The notes under the pieces: model-generated
Seen by the model: only the letters and a program-made list of their open reading frames with translations
Database searches by the model: none
Told to the model about the DNA's origin: nothing
Source of the DNA: Betaproteobacteria bacterium
GTDB taxonomy: Bacteria > Pseudomonadota > Gammaproteobacteria > Burkholderiales > Casimicrobiaceae
Assembly: GCA_031361045.1 (NCBI GenBank)
Contig: JANMCH010000054.1
Coordinates: 190-64,189 of the forward strand
Direction: 5' to 3'
DNA: 64,000 nucleotides
Translations under genes and position numbers: made by a program
Shown here: piece by piece, positions 1 through 11,487 of the stretch
Layout of the letters: each line of letters begins with the position of its first letter
Position numbering within the stretch: the stretch's first letter is position 1

Positions 1-2
1 TC

Positions 3-1103
3 GTGCAGTTGCCCGGCGTGCAGGACACCGCGCGCGCCAAGGACATCCTGGGGCGCACCGCTTCACTGGAAATCCGGATGGTCAATGACGATCCGGGCGC
101 GCTGGACGCCGCGATGGCGGGCAGCGTGCCGTTCGGCAGCGATCTCTTCACCGAGCGCGGCGGCTCAAAAGTCCTCGTCAAGCGGCAGGTGGTCCTGACC
201 GGCGATCGCATCAACGATGCGCAGCCCGGCTTCGACCAGCGCACCAACGAGCCGGCCGTGCACGTGAATCTGGACGGCAGCGGCGCACGGATCTTCAAGG
301 AAGTGACGCGCGACAACGTCGGCAAGCGCATGGCGATCGTGCTGGTGGAAAAGGGCAAGGCGGAGGTCATCACCGCACCGGTCATCCGCGAGGAAATCGG
401 CGGCGGCCGCGTGCAGATCAGCGGGCGCATGACGCCGCGCGAAGCCACCGACGTCGCGCTGCTGATGCGCGCGGGCGCGTTGGCGGCGCCGCTGGAGATC
501 ATCGAGGAACGCACCGTCGGGCCGTCGCTCGGCCAGGAAAACATCGACAAGGGCTTCAACTCGGTGAAGTACGGCTTCATCGTGCTGGCCATCTTCATGT
601 GTGCCTACTACATGCTGATGGGACTCATCTCGACCATCGCGCTGTCGTTCAACCTGTTGCTGCTGGTGGCGATCCTGTCGATGCTGCAGGCAACCCTGAC
701 GCTGCCCGGCATTGCGGCCATCGCGCTGGCGCTGGGCATGGCCATTGACTCCAACGTGCTGATCAACGAGCGCATCCGCGAGGAACTGCGCTGGGGTGCG
801 ACACCACACGCCGCGCTGCAGGCAGGCTATGAGCGCGCATGGGGCACGATTCTCGACTCGAACGTGACCACACTGATCGCCGGCATCGCGCTGCTGATCT
901 TCGGCAGCGGCCCGGTCCGCGGCTTCGCAGTCGTCCACTGCCTGGGCATCATGACGTCGATGTTCTCGGCGGTGTTCGTTTCGCGCGGCATCGTCGCGTT
1001 GATCTACGGCAACCGCAAGAAGCTCGACAAGATCTCGATCGGCCAGGTGTGGCGCCCGTCGGGCGCGACAGTTCCAGCCGTGCCGACGGCGCCGACGGTA
1101 TAA
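3..1103 (+). CDS. secD: Protein translocase subunit SecD (C-terminal part; 5' end lies outside the window)
   Basis: The ORF runs from the window edge. The translation has the SecD periplasmic region followed by the C-terminal 6-TM bundle (..GPSLGQENIDKG.., ..LTLPGIAAIALALGMAIDSNVLINERIREEL..). secF follows immediately. Confidence 0.93.
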   Translation: MQLPGVQDTARAKDILGRTASLEIRMVNDDPGALDAAMAGSVPFGSDLFTERGGSKVLVKRQVVLTGDRINDAQPGFDQRTNEPAVHVNLDGSGARIFKEVTRDNVGKRMAIVLVEKGKAEVITAPVIREEIGGGRVQISGRMTPREATDVALLMRAGALAAPLEIIEERTVGPSLGQENIDKGFNSVKYGFIVLAIFMCAYYMLMGLISTIALSFNLLLLVAILSMLQATLTLPGIAAIALALGMAIDSNVLINERIREELRWGATPHAALQAGYERAWGTILDSNVTTLIAGIALLIFGSGPVRGFAVVHCLGIMTSMFSAVFVSRGIVALIYGNRKKLDKISIGQVWRPSGATVPAVPTAPTV

Positions 1104-1166
1104 AGGTACGTGGCCGCGCGGGCGAAAATGAGGCATCACGGTTACCGGTTCAATAAAGGCTAGACG

Positions 1167-2108
1167 ATGGAATTTTTCAGAATTAGTCGCGACATCCCGT
1201 TCATGCGCCATGCGCTCACGTTCAACGTGATCTCGCTGGTGACATTCCTGCTTGCCGTGATCTTCCTGGCCACCAAGGGATTGAACCTGGGCGTCGATTT
1301 CCGTGGCGGAACGGTGATCGAGGTGACCTACGGGCATGCGGTGGACTTCGGCCGTGTGCGCGCCGCAATCGACAAACTCAACATCGGCGAATTCTCGGCG
1401 CAGAGTTTCGGCCGCTCCGATACGGCGCTCATCCGCCTGCCGCTCAAGGAAGGCGTGTCCAGCGCGCAGCTTTCCGACCGTGTGATGACCGAACTGCGGG
1501 CAGACGACCCGGCGGCAACACAGCAGCGGGTCGAATTCGTCGGGCCGCAGGTCGGCCGCGAACTGTACGAAAACGGCGCATTGGCACTGTTGCTGGTGTC
1601 GCTGGGCATCGTCGCTTATCTGGCGCTGCGCTTCGAGTGGCGCTTCGCCATCGCGGCCATTGTCGCCAACCTGCACGACGTCATCATCATCCTGGGCTTC
1701 TTCGCGCTGTTCCAGTGGGAATTCTCGCTGCCGGTGCTCGCCGCCATTCTCGCGGTGCTCGGCTACTCGGTAAACGAGTCCGTCGTGATCGCCGACCGGA
1801 TCCGCGAGAACTTCCGCAAGATGCGCAAGGCCAGCGTCACGCACGTGATCGACAACGCGATCACCAGCACGATTTCCCGAACGATCATCACCCACGGCAG
1901 CACGCTGATGATGGTGCTTTCCATCCTCTTCTTCGGCGGCGAGACGCTGCACTACTTCGCGCTCGCCCTGACCATCGGCATCTGCTTCGGTATCTACTCG
2001 TCGGTGCTCGTCATGGCACCGCTGGTGATGTGGATGGGCGTGTCGCGCGAAGACCTGGTCAAGCCAGAAAAGAAGGCCGGGATCGGCGGGGAAAAGATAT
2101 TGCCGTAG
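1167..2108 (+). CDS. secF: Protein translocase subunit SecF
   Basis: 313 aa. The N-terminus MEFFRISRDIPFMRHA..., the GVDFRGGTVIEV motif and the C-terminal TM bundle are typical of SecF. It sits directly downstream of secD. Confidence 0.93.
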   Translation: MEFFRISRDIPFMRHALTFNVISLVTFLLAVIFLATKGLNLGVDFRGGTVIEVTYGHAVDFGRVRAAIDKLNIGEFSAQSFGRSDTALIRLPLKEGVSSAQLSDRVMTELRADDPAATQQRVEFVGPQVGRELYENGALALLLVSLGIVAYLALRFEWRFAIAAIVANLHDVIIILGFFALFQWEFSLPVLAAILAVLGYSVNESVVIADRIRENFRKMRKASVTHVIDNAITSTISRTIITHGSTLMMVLSILFFGGETLHYFALALTIGICFGIYSSVLVMAPLVMWMGVSREDLVKPEKKAGIGGEKILP

Positions 2109-2116
2109 CGGCAATC

Positions 2117-2752
2117 ATGCTGACGACGTTCATCTATTCGCTGTTCGCGCTCGACCAGACGCTCGCGAACATTGCGGCCCAGTACGGCCCGTGGCTCTAT
2201 GGACTGCTGTTCCTGGTCATATTCGCGGAGACCGGGCTGGTGGTCTTTCCGTTTCTTCCAGGCGACTCCATCCTGTTCATCGCCGGCACCGTGGTGGCCA
2301 CGGCCGGTGACAACGTGCATGTGCTGGTCGTGCTGCTGATCGTTGCGGCCATCCTGGGCGATTCGCTCAACTATGCGGTCGGCCACTACATTGGTCCCCG
2401 CGTCTATGAGAAGCCGGACTCGCGCTGGTTCAAGCAGGAACATCTGCGGCGCACGCAGGCGTTCTATGACAAGTATGGCGGCGTCACCATCATCATCGGG
2501 CGCTTCGTCCCGATCATCCGCACGTTCGCGCCCTTCCTGGCGGGCGTCGCCGGCATGACGTATCGCAGGTTCCTGTCGTACAACATCATCGGCGCGGTGC
2601 TGTGGATCAGCCTGCTGGTCTACGCGGGTTATCTGTTCGGCAACATCCCGTGGGTCAAGCAGAACCTGTCGCTGATCGTGGTGGGCATCGTCATCGTTTC
2701 GCTGGTGCCCGCGGTGACGACGTTCTTCCGGGAACGCCGCACGCCGAAATGA
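2117..2752 (+). CDS. DedA family inner-membrane protein
   Basis: ATG at 2117 is in frame with the long 1637..2752 ORF, 8 nt after the secF stop. The translation carries DedA/SNARE-associated hallmarks (FAETGLVVFPFLPGDSILF..., GRFVPIIRTFAPFLAG). Confidence 0.85.
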   Translation: MLTTFIYSLFALDQTLANIAAQYGPWLYGLLFLVIFAETGLVVFPFLPGDSILFIAGTVVATAGDNVHVLVVLLIVAAILGDSLNYAVGHYIGPRVYEKPDSRWFKQEHLRRTQAFYDKYGGVTIIIGRFVPIIRTFAPFLAGVAGMTYRRFLSYNIIGAVLWISLLVYAGYLFGNIPWVKQNLSLIVVGIVIVSLVPAVTTFFRERRTPK

Positions 2753-2804
2753 CCCAGAGTTTTCATGTGTCGTCCCGAGCGCCGCGAGGGAACTGCTGCG
2801 CGTC

Positions 2805-4232
<1,428 letters not shown>

Positions 4233-4331
4233 TCAGGTCAGTCAGCGGATCTTGCCCGCTGGAGGCGCATCGAGTGTAGCACGCAGCGTGCGTGATTTTG
4301 GGGCGCCCGAGGCTTCGACAAGTCGTCAGGG

Positions 4332-5015
4332 ATGTCGGTCGCGGAAGGTCGCGATGTTATACTTTTCCACCGCCTTTTCGCCAAGAAAAACTCCCTGCCC
4401 GTGCTCAAGCTGATCGCCTCGCCTACCAGTCCCTTTGTCCGGAAAGTGCGCATCGCGCTGGCGGAAAAGAAAATCGAATACCAGATGGTTGAAGCGTCGC
4501 CATGGGACGCAGGCAATCCGGTGCATGCCTACAGTCCGCTCGGCAAGGTACCGGTGCTGGTGCTGGACGACGGCACGCAGCTCTTCGACTCGCGCGTGAT
4601 CGTCGAATATCTGGACACGGTCAGCCCGGTGTCGCGCCTCATTCCCGAGCCCAATCGCCAGCGCATCGAAGTCAAGCGCTGGGAGGCGCTGGCCGACGGT
4701 GTCTGCGATGCGGCGCTGGCCATCGTGCTGGAGTCGCGGCGTCCGGCGAAACAGCAAAACAACGAGTGGACACAGCGCCAGCAGCAGAAGATAGCGGCGG
4801 GTGTTGCCGAACTGTCGCGGGAACTGGGCGACAATCCGTGGTGCGACGGCGAAACATATTCGCTGGCCGACCTGGCTACCGGGTGCGCGCTGGGCTATCT
4901 CGACTTGCGCTACGCCGCGCTCGACTGGCGGCGCGAGTATCCCAATCTCGCGCGGCTTGCGGAAAAGCTGGCGAAGCGGCCCTCATTCCAGGAAACGGTG
5001 CCGCCCGCCGCGTAG
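4332..5015 (+). CDS. Glutathione S-transferase family protein (YibF-like)
   Basis: It has a thioredoxin-like GST N-domain (LKLIASPTSPFVRKVRIALAEKKIEYQ..., GKVPVLVLDDG) and a GST C-domain. The true start may be the in-frame GTG at 4401 rather than the ATG at 4332. Confidence 0.8.
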   Translation: MSVAEGRDVILFHRLFAKKNSLPVLKLIASPTSPFVRKVRIALAEKKIEYQMVEASPWDAGNPVHAYSPLGKVPVLVLDDGTQLFDSRVIVEYLDTVSPVSRLIPEPNRQRIEVKRWEALADGVCDAALAIVLESRRPAKQQNNEWTQRQQQKIAAGVAELSRELGDNPWCDGETYSLADLATGCALGYLDLRYAALDWRREYPNLARLAEKLAKRPSFQETVPPAA

Positions 5016-5021
5016 TTCGCA

Positions 5022-5062
5022 GTCAACCTCAGTTGACCCCTCAGTTGACTTGCTTCAACTGA
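5022..5062. terminator. Two adjacent short hairpins between the convergent GST and acs genes (candidate bidirectional terminator)
   Basis: Hairpin 1 is GTCAAC(5022-5027)-CTCA-GTTGAC(5032-5037). Hairpin 2 is TCAGTTGA(5041-5048)-CTTGCT-TCAACTGA(5055-5062) and overlaps the acs stop codon. Stems are short and there is no clear U-tract. Confidence 0.3.
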
Positions 5063-7008
5063 TCGAGGATCGCCGGGTTCTCCAGCGTGGACGTGTCCTG
5101 CGTGATCTTCTCGTCCTTGGCGATCGAGCGCAGCAGCCGCCGCATGATCTTGCCCGAACGCGTCTTGGGCAGGTTCTCGCCGAAGCGGATGTCCTTGGGC
5201 TTGGCGATCGCGCCGATTTCCTTGGCCACCCAGTCGCGGAGTATCTTCGCAATCTTGTCGGCTTCAGGGCCTTCCGGCCGCGACTGCTTCAGCACGACGA
5301 ACGCGCACACTGCCTCGCCGGTCAGATCGTCGGGGCGGCCGACCACCGCGGCTTCGGCGACCAGTGGATTGGCGACCAGCGCCGATTCGATTTCCATTGT
5401 GCCCAGCCGATGTCCGGAAACGTTCAGCACGTCGTCAATGCGACCCATGATGCGGATGTAGCCTTCGAGATCGCGGCTGGCGCCGTCGCCGGCCAGGTAG
5501 TACTTGCCTTGGAAATCCTCGGGGTAGTAGCTGGTCTTGTAGCGATTCGGGTCGCCCCAGATGGTGCGGATCATGCCCGGCCAAGGCCGCTTGATGACGA
5601 GGATGCCGCCCTTGCCCAGTTCCACGCTGTGCCCGGTCTCGTCGACGATGTCGGCGATGATGCCGGGCAGCGCAAACGTGCACGAGCCGGGCTTCAGCGG
5701 CGTGGCGCCCGGCAGTGGCGTGATCATGTGGCCGCCGGTTTCCGTTTGCCACCACGTGTCGACGATCGGGCAGCGTGACCCGCCGACCGTCTGGTAGTAC
5801 CACATCCACGCTTCCGGATTGATCGGCTCGCCGACGCTGCCCAGGATTCGCAGCGACGACAGGTCGTAGTTCCTGGGCAGTTCGCCGCCCGCCTTGATCA
5901 GCGAACGGATCGCCGTCGGCGCCGTGTAGAACACGGTGACCTTGTGGTCCTGGATCATTTTCCAGAAGCGTCCGGCATCCGGATACGTGGGCACGCCTTC
6001 GAACATGATCTCGGTCGCGCCACAGGCGAGCGGGCCATACGCAATGTAGGTGTGGCCGGTGACCCAGCCCACATCCGCGGTGCACCAGTAGATGTCGCTC
6101 GGCTTGTAGTCGAACGTCCACTTCATCGTCAGGATGGCATGCAGCAGGTAACCGCCCGTCGAGTGCTGGACACCCTTCGGCTTGCCGGTGGAGCCCGACG
6201 TGTAGAGGATGAACAGCGGATGTTCGGCATTGACCCACGTCGGCTCGCAGGTGTCCGGCTGCCCCGCGACGGCGTCGTGCCACCACACGTCGCGCCCGGC
6301 CTGCATCTCGAGCGCAGTGCCCGTGCGCTGGTAGACGAACACGGACTTGATGCCCTCGCATCCGCCGAGCGCGAGCGCTTCGTCGACGACCTTCTTCAGT
6401 GGGATTTCGCGGCCGCCGCGGAATTGGCCGTCGGCCGCGATGATGGCCACAGCGCCCGCATCGATGATCCGCTCGTGGATGCTCTTCGCGGAAAAGCCAC
6501 CGAATACCACCGAATGCGTGGCACCGATGCGCGCGCAGGCCTGCATGGCGACCACCGCCTGGATCGACATCGGCATGTAGACCAGCACGCGGTCGCCCTT
6601 GTTGATGCCGCGCGCCTTCAGCGCATTCGCGAAGCGGCACACCTCGTGGTAGAGCGCCTTGTAAGTGATCTTTGTTACCGTGCCGTCGTCCGCCTCGAAG
6701 ATGATCGCGATCTTGTCGGGCTGCGTCTGCAAATGACGGTCGAGGCAGTTGTAGGAGGCGTTCAGTTCGCCGTCCTGGAACCACTTGAAAAACGGCGCAT
6801 TCGACTCGTCGAGTGTTTTCGTGAAGGGCTTGTGCCACAGCAGGCTCTCGCGCGCATGCCGCGCCCAGAAACCCTCGAAGTCGCGTTCGGCCTCCGCGCA
6901 CATCGCCTTGTATGCCGCCATGCCGGAAATGTTGGCCTGCTTGACGAAGGCATCCGACGGCGGAAAAACGCGGTTCTCCTGCAGGACCGACTCGATACCG
7001 GACGACAT
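5041..7008 (-). CDS. acs: Acetyl-CoA synthetase (AMP-forming)
   Basis: I placed the start at the ATG at 7008, preceded by GGAGGAGA. The translation [18 protein letters not shown]...[18 protein letters not shown]...[11 protein letters not shown] is a classic Acs. The longer ORF to 7344 is an upstream read-through. Confidence 0.95.
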   Translation of the reverse strand: MSSGIESVLQENRVFPPSDAFVKQANISGMAAYKAMCAEAERDFEGFWARHARESLLWHKPFTKTLDESNAPFFKWFQDGELNASYNCLDRHLQTQPDKIAIIFEADDGTVTKITYKALYHEVCRFANALKARGINKGDRVLVYMPMSIQAVVAMQACARIGATHSVVFGGFSAKSIHERIIDAGAVAIIAADGQFRGGREIPLKKVVDEALALGGCEGIKSVFVYQRTGTALEMQAGRDVWWHDAVAGQPDTCEPTWVNAEHPLFILYTSGSTGKPKGVQHSTGGYLLHAILTMKWTFDYKPSDIYWCTADVGWVTGHTYIAYGPLACGATEIMFEGVPTYPDAGRFWKMIQDHKVTVFYTAPTAIRSLIKAGGELPRNYDLSSLRILGSVGEPINPEAWMWYYQTVGGSRCPIVDTWWQTETGGHMITPLPGATPLKPGSCTFALPGIIADIVDETGHSVELGKGGILVIKRPWPGMIRTIWGDPNRYKTSYYPEDFQGKYYLAGDGASRDLEGYIRIMGRIDDVLNVSGHRLGTMEIESALVANPLVAEAAVVGRPDDLTGEAVCAFVVLKQSRPEGPEADKIAKILRDWVAKEIGAIAKPKDIRFGENLPKTRSGKIMRRLLRSIAKDEKITQDTSTLENPAILDQLKQVN

Positions 7009-7136
7009 GGTGGGCTCTCCTCCGCGAATACTCATTGACTCGAAAGCATTGTGCGAGCTTGCGAGTCTAACCAAAGCGTGGCGGGTGGCGCAATGACGTA
7101 CGGCAAGGGAACGCCGGGGTGAATGGCCATCACGCA

Positions 7137-7173
7137 GTGGTAGACACCGGGTGGCAGGCACCCGGTGGTAGAC
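7137..7173. promoter_or_regulatory. Inverted repeat flanked by direct repeats in the acs/fumarase divergent intergenic region (candidate operator)
   Basis: CACCGGGTG(7145-7153)-GCAGG-CACCCGGTG(7159-7167) is a perfect 9-bp inverted repeat. It is flanked by GTGGTAGAC at 7137-7145 and 7165-7173. Confidence 0.3.
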
Positions 7174-7355
7174 TTTCGCCCCGCACGACCGATGCCCCAT
7201 TCCGGACACCCGATGGCCCAACGCCGACCCCAGCCGCCGTTTCGCGACCAACCGATAGCACGGCTGCTGTTCATGAGCCGATGGCTGCAGTCGCCGCCCG
7301 CGCACGTCCAGCACGACGATCCCGAGGTGCCCCACGACACGCACAAGCCTTCGCC

Positions 7356-8882
7356 ATGACGACCATCCGCCAGAACGATCTCATCCAGAGCGTCGCCGAC
7401 GCGCTGCAGTTCATTTCCTACTATCACCCGCTGGACTACATCGAGGCGCTGGGTGCCGCATACCGTGCTGAACAATCGCCGGCCGCGAAGGACGCCATCG
7501 CGCAGATCCTCACCAATTCGCGGATGTGCGCGGAAGGTCACCGGCCGATCTGCCAGGACACGGGCATCGTCGTCGCGTTCGTCAAAGTCGGCATGGATGT
7601 GAAATGGGAAGGCGTCACGATGGGCCTGTCAGACATGGTCAACGAAGGCGTGCGGCTCGCCTACATGGACCCGGACAACCGGCTGCGCGCATCGATCGTC
7701 GCGGACCCCGCGGGCGCGCGCAAGAACACGCGCGACAACACGCCGGCGGTCATCCACTTCGACCTCGTTCCCGGCAATACCGTGGAAGTGAAGATTGCGG
7801 CGAAAGGCGGCGGCTCGGAGAACAAGTCCAGGTTCGTGATGCTGAATCCGTCGGACTCGATCGTCGACTGGGTGCTGAAGACACTGCCGACGATGGGCGC
7901 AGGCTGGTGCCCGCCGGGCATGCTGGGCATCGGCATCGGCGGCAGTGCGGAAAAGGCGATGGTGCTCGCGAAGGAAGCATTGATGGAGCCCATCGACATG
8001 CACGAGCTGCTGCAGCGCGGCCCGGCGAACAAGACCGAGGAACTGCGCATCGAGCTCTACGAGAAATGCAACGCGCTGGGCATCGGCGCGCAGGGCTTGG
8101 GCGGCCTGTCGACGGTGCTCGACGTGAAGATCCTCGACTATCCGACGCATGCGGCCAGCAAGCCCGTCGGCATGATTCCCAATTGCGCCGCGACGCGCCA
8201 CGCACATTTCACGCTCGACGGTTCGGGCGTGGCCAGGCTCGATCCACCGGACCTGGCCCAGTGGCCCGACGTGCACTGGACGCCGTCACCGTCCGCCACG
8301 CGAGTGAACCTGGACACGCTGACGCGCGAGGAAGTCGCGACGTGGCAGCCGGGCGAAACGCTGCTGCTCAACGGCAGGATGCTCACCGGCCGCGACGCCG
8401 CGCACAAGCGCATCGCCGACCACTTCGCGCGCGGTGAACCGCTGCCCGATGGCGTCGACTTCACCAATCGCGTCATCTACTACGTCGGGCCGGTCGATCC
8501 GGTGCGCGATGAAGTTGTTGGCCCGGCGGGTCCCACCACCGCGACGCGCATGGACAAGTTCACCGAGATGATGCTGGCCAGGACCGGCCTCATCGCGATG
8601 ATCGGCAAGGCGGAACGCGGCCCGGTCGCCATCGAGGCGATCCGCAAGCATGGTGCGGCCTACCTGATGGCCGTCGGCGGCGCCGCTTACCTGGTGTCGA
8701 AGGCGATCCGTTCGTCGCGTGTCGTTGCGTTCGGCGACCTCGGCATGGAAGCGATCTACGAGTTCACGGTACAGGACATGCCGGTCACCGTCGCCGTCGA
8801 CGCCCGGGGAACGTCGGTACATCACACCGGCCCGCGCGAGTGGCAGGCAAGGATAGGAAAGATCCCGGTGCTGTCGGAGTGA
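7356..8882 (+). CDS. fumA: Class I (Fe-S dependent) fumarate hydratase, single-polypeptide type
   Basis: I placed the start at the ATG at 7356. The translation [25 protein letters not shown]...[17 protein letters not shown]... shows fused alpha (catalytic Cys) and beta domains, about 508 aa. Confidence 0.9.
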   Translation: MTTIRQNDLIQSVADALQFISYYHPLDYIEALGAAYRAEQSPAAKDAIAQILTNSRMCAEGHRPICQDTGIVVAFVKVGMDVKWEGVTMGLSDMVNEGVRLAYMDPDNRLRASIVADPAGARKNTRDNTPAVIHFDLVPGNTVEVKIAAKGGGSENKSRFVMLNPSDSIVDWVLKTLPTMGAGWCPPGMLGIGIGGSAEKAMVLAKEALMEPIDMHELLQRGPANKTEELRIELYEKCNALGIGAQGLGGLSTVLDVKILDYPTHAASKPVGMIPNCAATRHAHFTLDGSGVARLDPPDLAQWPDVHWTPSPSATRVNLDTLTREEVATWQPGETLLLNGRMLTGRDAAHKRIADHFARGEPLPDGVDFTNRVIYYVGPVDPVRDEVVGPAGPTTATRMDKFTEMMLARTGLIAMIGKAERGPVAIEAIRKHGAAYLMAVGGAAYLVSKAIRSSRVVAFGDLGMEAIYEFTVQDMPVTVAVDARGTSVHHTGPREWQARIGKIPVLSE

Positions 8883-9128
8883 TCGTTGCACGCCCTGGGC
8901 GGGCAACGGACATACTGAGATCAGCGACGGAATCGCATTCCCGGCCATCGCCCATTGTCGCGGTGCCGCTCGCGGCCACGCCCGCCGTGGCACAAAGTAT
9001 GCTACGACCACAAGTTACGGTCGGGAAATTGCTACTGAGACGCAAACCAGCTCGCCGCGCCCGCCTTCGACCGGATGAATGGCCTATCGGCACGAAGAAT
9101 CCTTGCCCAGGGTGAACCGGCTCCAATC

Positions 9129-11462
9129 ATGAAGATCGTCAACCGACTGCGACAGCGATTGCTGCCGCTCAGCAACGACACGGTGTCGACGCTGAGCCTG
9201 CCGCCGGTGAAGATGGGCCTGCTGACCAAGCTCAACCTGCTGACGGTCGGATTGATCTTTCTCACGGCGGCCGCGCTATTGGTATTTCACTTTGCGCAGC
9301 AATGGCGCGATGACGAGCAGCAGTTGCGAAATCGGGGGGGAACCATGCTCGGGGTCATGGCCCAGCTCGCGGAACACGGCTTGGCGACCACCGACAAGCC
9401 CTATCTCGAACAGATGCTGGACAGCGTGGGCAATGACGCGGACGTCGCCTACGCCAGCGTGTTCGATGGCAAGCAGGGAGTCGTCGTCGAGCGCCGCTTC
9501 GGTCCCGGTCTCGCGAAGGAACCCCTGCCACCCCTGTCGCTGGAACTGCTGCCTGCCCCCGGACGTGTCGCGAATCACGAAGTGACCATCGGCGGCAAGC
9601 GCTATATCGAACTGGTGGCCGTGGTCGATCGGCCACGCATGGCCGCAGGCACTCTTTCCGGTGAGTTGTCCGCCCCCCCTTCTGCGGCGCAGGCTGCCCC
9701 CCCCTCTGGTTCCGCGGCGCAAGCTGCCGCCCCCCCGGCGGGCTACCTGCGCCTGGGCATGACGCAGGATGTGCAGCGGCGGCTCTTTCGCGAGCAGATG
9801 GTCGGCGCCATCGGGGTCGTGCTGGCGCTGTTGGTGTTTACGATCCTCGCGACGCTGCTGCTCACCCGCCGGCTGGTGGCGCCGATGAACCGGCTGATGC
9901 GCGCGGCGCGTGCGGTCGGCGCGGGCCGCCTCGATGTCTACGTGCCTGCGCATTCGTCGGACGAGCTTGGCCTGCTGACGCACACGTTCAACCACATGAC
10001 ACAGAGGCTCGCCGAATCGCAATCCGAAGTCGCCAATTACCAGCGCACGCTCGAGGACAAGGTCGCGCAACGGACCAAGGAGCTCGAGGTTGCCACGGCG
10101 CACGCCTACAAACTGGCGCAGCACGACATCCTGACCGGACTGCCGAACCGCTCGCTGCTCAACCAGCGGCTGAAGCAGATCCTGGCGCTCGCGCAGCGCG
10201 ACGGCACGAATGTCGGCTGCCTCTTCCTCGACTTCGACCATTTCAAGCGCATCAACGACACGCTGGGCCACGATGCAGGCGACCAGCTGTTGCAGGCGAT
10301 CGCGCAGCGGCTGATCAGCGCAGTGCGCGAAAGCGACACGGTCGCGCGCCTGGGCGGCGACGAGTTCGTCTTGGTGCTGCCCGGCCTCAATCCGGAACAG
10401 GCGGCCTTCGAGGTGATGGCCGTGCTGACCCGCGTGCGTGAATCATTCCTGGCGCCGTTCCGACTGTCCGACCAGATGCCGACACTCACTTGCTCGATCG
10501 GTGTCGCGATGTATCCGCTGGATGCCAACGACGGCGGCAACCTGATCAAGCAGGCCGACACCGCGATGTATGCGGCCAAGGAGGCGGGCCGCAACGCATA
10601 CCGCTTCTACACCGCCGACATGAATGCGCGTGTGCAGCTGCGGCTGCAACTCGAGACCGACATGCGCCGCGGCCTGATGGACGACGAGTTCTTCCTGGTT
10701 TACCAGCCGCAGATCGAGATGAAGACCGGCCGCGCCTGCGGTGTGGAGGCGCTGCTGCGCTGGCGCGATCCGGAGCGCGGCGTGATCTCGCCGACGGAGT
10801 TCATTCCGATCGCCGAGGAATCGGGGATGATCCAGGCGCTTGGCGCGCGCGTGCTGCGCGACGCCTGCCGGCAGGTCATGCAATGGCATCGCCTGAACAT
10901 GCCGCTGCGCCTGTCGGTGAACCTGTCCGTGCAGCAACTGCAGCACGACAGCTGGCTGGGTATCGTGGAGGACGCGCTGTCGGCGAGCGGGCTTTCGCCG
11001 CAGCACCTGGACCTGGAAATCACGGAGAGCGTGATCATCACGCACCCGGAGAAGGCCGTAGCGACGCTGATGAAGTTGAAGCAGATGGGCGTGTCGATAA
11101 CCATCGACGACTTCGGCACCGGCTATTCCAGCCTGTCCTATCTTGCGCGGCTGCCGATCCAGGGCGTGAAGATCGACCAGCGCTTCGTGCATGGCCTGGA
11201 GAAGAACCGCAACGACGAGGCGATCACGCAGGCGATCATCGCGCTGTCGCATTCTCTGGGGCTGCGGTGCATTGCCGAGGGCGTGGAAACCGCGGCCCAA
11301 TTCAACTTCCTGCGCGCGCACGGCTGCGAGGAAGCGCAAGGCTACCTGATCGCGCGGCCGCTGCCCGAAGCACAGCTGCGGTCATGGTGGCGCACGCAGG
11401 AAGAGCGGCGCCACGGTCGCGATCGGCAAGCCGACCTCTGGCAACAGGAGCCGGAAGAGTAA
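9129..11462 (+). CDS. Membrane sensor diguanylate cyclase/phosphodiesterase (periplasmic domain-HAMP-GGDEF-EAL)
   Basis: There are two TM segments flanking a roughly 200-aa extracytoplasmic region and a HAMP-like linker. The GGDEF motif is intact (ARLGGDEFVLVL), and the EAL domain has EALLRW and DDFGTGYSSLSYL. The start is taken as the ATG at 9129; other in-frame starts are possible. Confidence 0.88.
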   Translation: MKIVNRLRQRLLPLSNDTVSTLSLPPVKMGLLTKLNLLTVGLIFLTAAALLVFHFAQQWRDDEQQLRNRGGTMLGVMAQLAEHGLATTDKPYLEQMLDSVGNDADVAYASVFDGKQGVVVERRFGPGLAKEPLPPLSLELLPAPGRVANHEVTIGGKRYIELVAVVDRPRMAAGTLSGELSAPPSAAQAAPPSGSAAQAAAPPAGYLRLGMTQDVQRRLFREQMVGAIGVVLALLVFTILATLLLTRRLVAPMNRLMRAARAVGAGRLDVYVPAHSSDELGLLTHTFNHMTQRLAESQSEVANYQRTLEDKVAQRTKELEVATAHAYKLAQHDILTGLPNRSLLNQRLKQILALAQRDGTNVGCLFLDFDHFKRINDTLGHDAGDQLLQAIAQRLISAVRESDTVARLGGDEFVLVLPGLNPEQAAFEVMAVLTRVRESFLAPFRLSDQMPTLTCSIGVAMYPLDANDGGNLIKQADTAMYAAKEAGRNAYRFYTADMNARVQLRLQLETDMRRGLMDDEFFLVYQPQIEMKTGRACGVEALLRWRDPERGVISPTEFIPIAEESGMIQALGARVLRDACRQVMQWHRLNMPLRLSVNLSVQQLQHDSWLGIVEDALSASGLSPQHLDLEITESVIITHPEKAVATLMKLKQMGVSITIDDFGTGYSSLSYLARLPIQGVKIDQRFVHGLEKNRNDEAITQAIIALSHSLGLRCIAEGVETAAQFNFLRAHGCEEAQGYLIARPLPEAQLRSWWRTQEERRHGRDRQADLWQQEPEE

Positions 11463-11487
11463 GGCCCGGCAGGAAAACTGAGCGGCG

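Noticed and set aside
165-2114. A 649-aa ORF antisense to secD/secF. Similar long antisense or alternate-frame ORFs include 2913..4205(+), 5435..6901(-), 25438..26973(-), 35388..36992(-), 50063..51967(-), 52501..54561(-) and 57749..59206(-).
   Set aside because: Their translations are Arg/Ala/Gly/His-rich, low-complexity and unlike any family I recognise. Each lies exactly opposite, or out of frame with, a gene that has strong family motifs. Long spurious ORFs are expected in GC-rich DNA because stop codons are AT-rich.
7009-7344. A 112-codon N-terminal extension of the acs ORF. Analogous extensions occur at 7119..7355 for the fumarase, 46040..46423 for the ROK kinase, 45339..45446 for pgi and 31304..31732 for the DUF692 gene.
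   Set aside because: The extensions are Arg/Pro-rich, have no counterpart in the respective families, and overlap neighbouring genes or promoters. Internal ATGs with Shine-Dalgarno sequences or ATGA coupling give proteins of canonical length.
8883-9128. A possible small RNA or terminator in the 247-nt gap after the fumarase gene (CGTTGC...GCAACG stem at about 8885-8909).
   Set aside because: The stem is short with internal mismatches and no U-tract, and there is no recognisable riboswitch or sRNA motif. Support is insufficient to report it as a feature.
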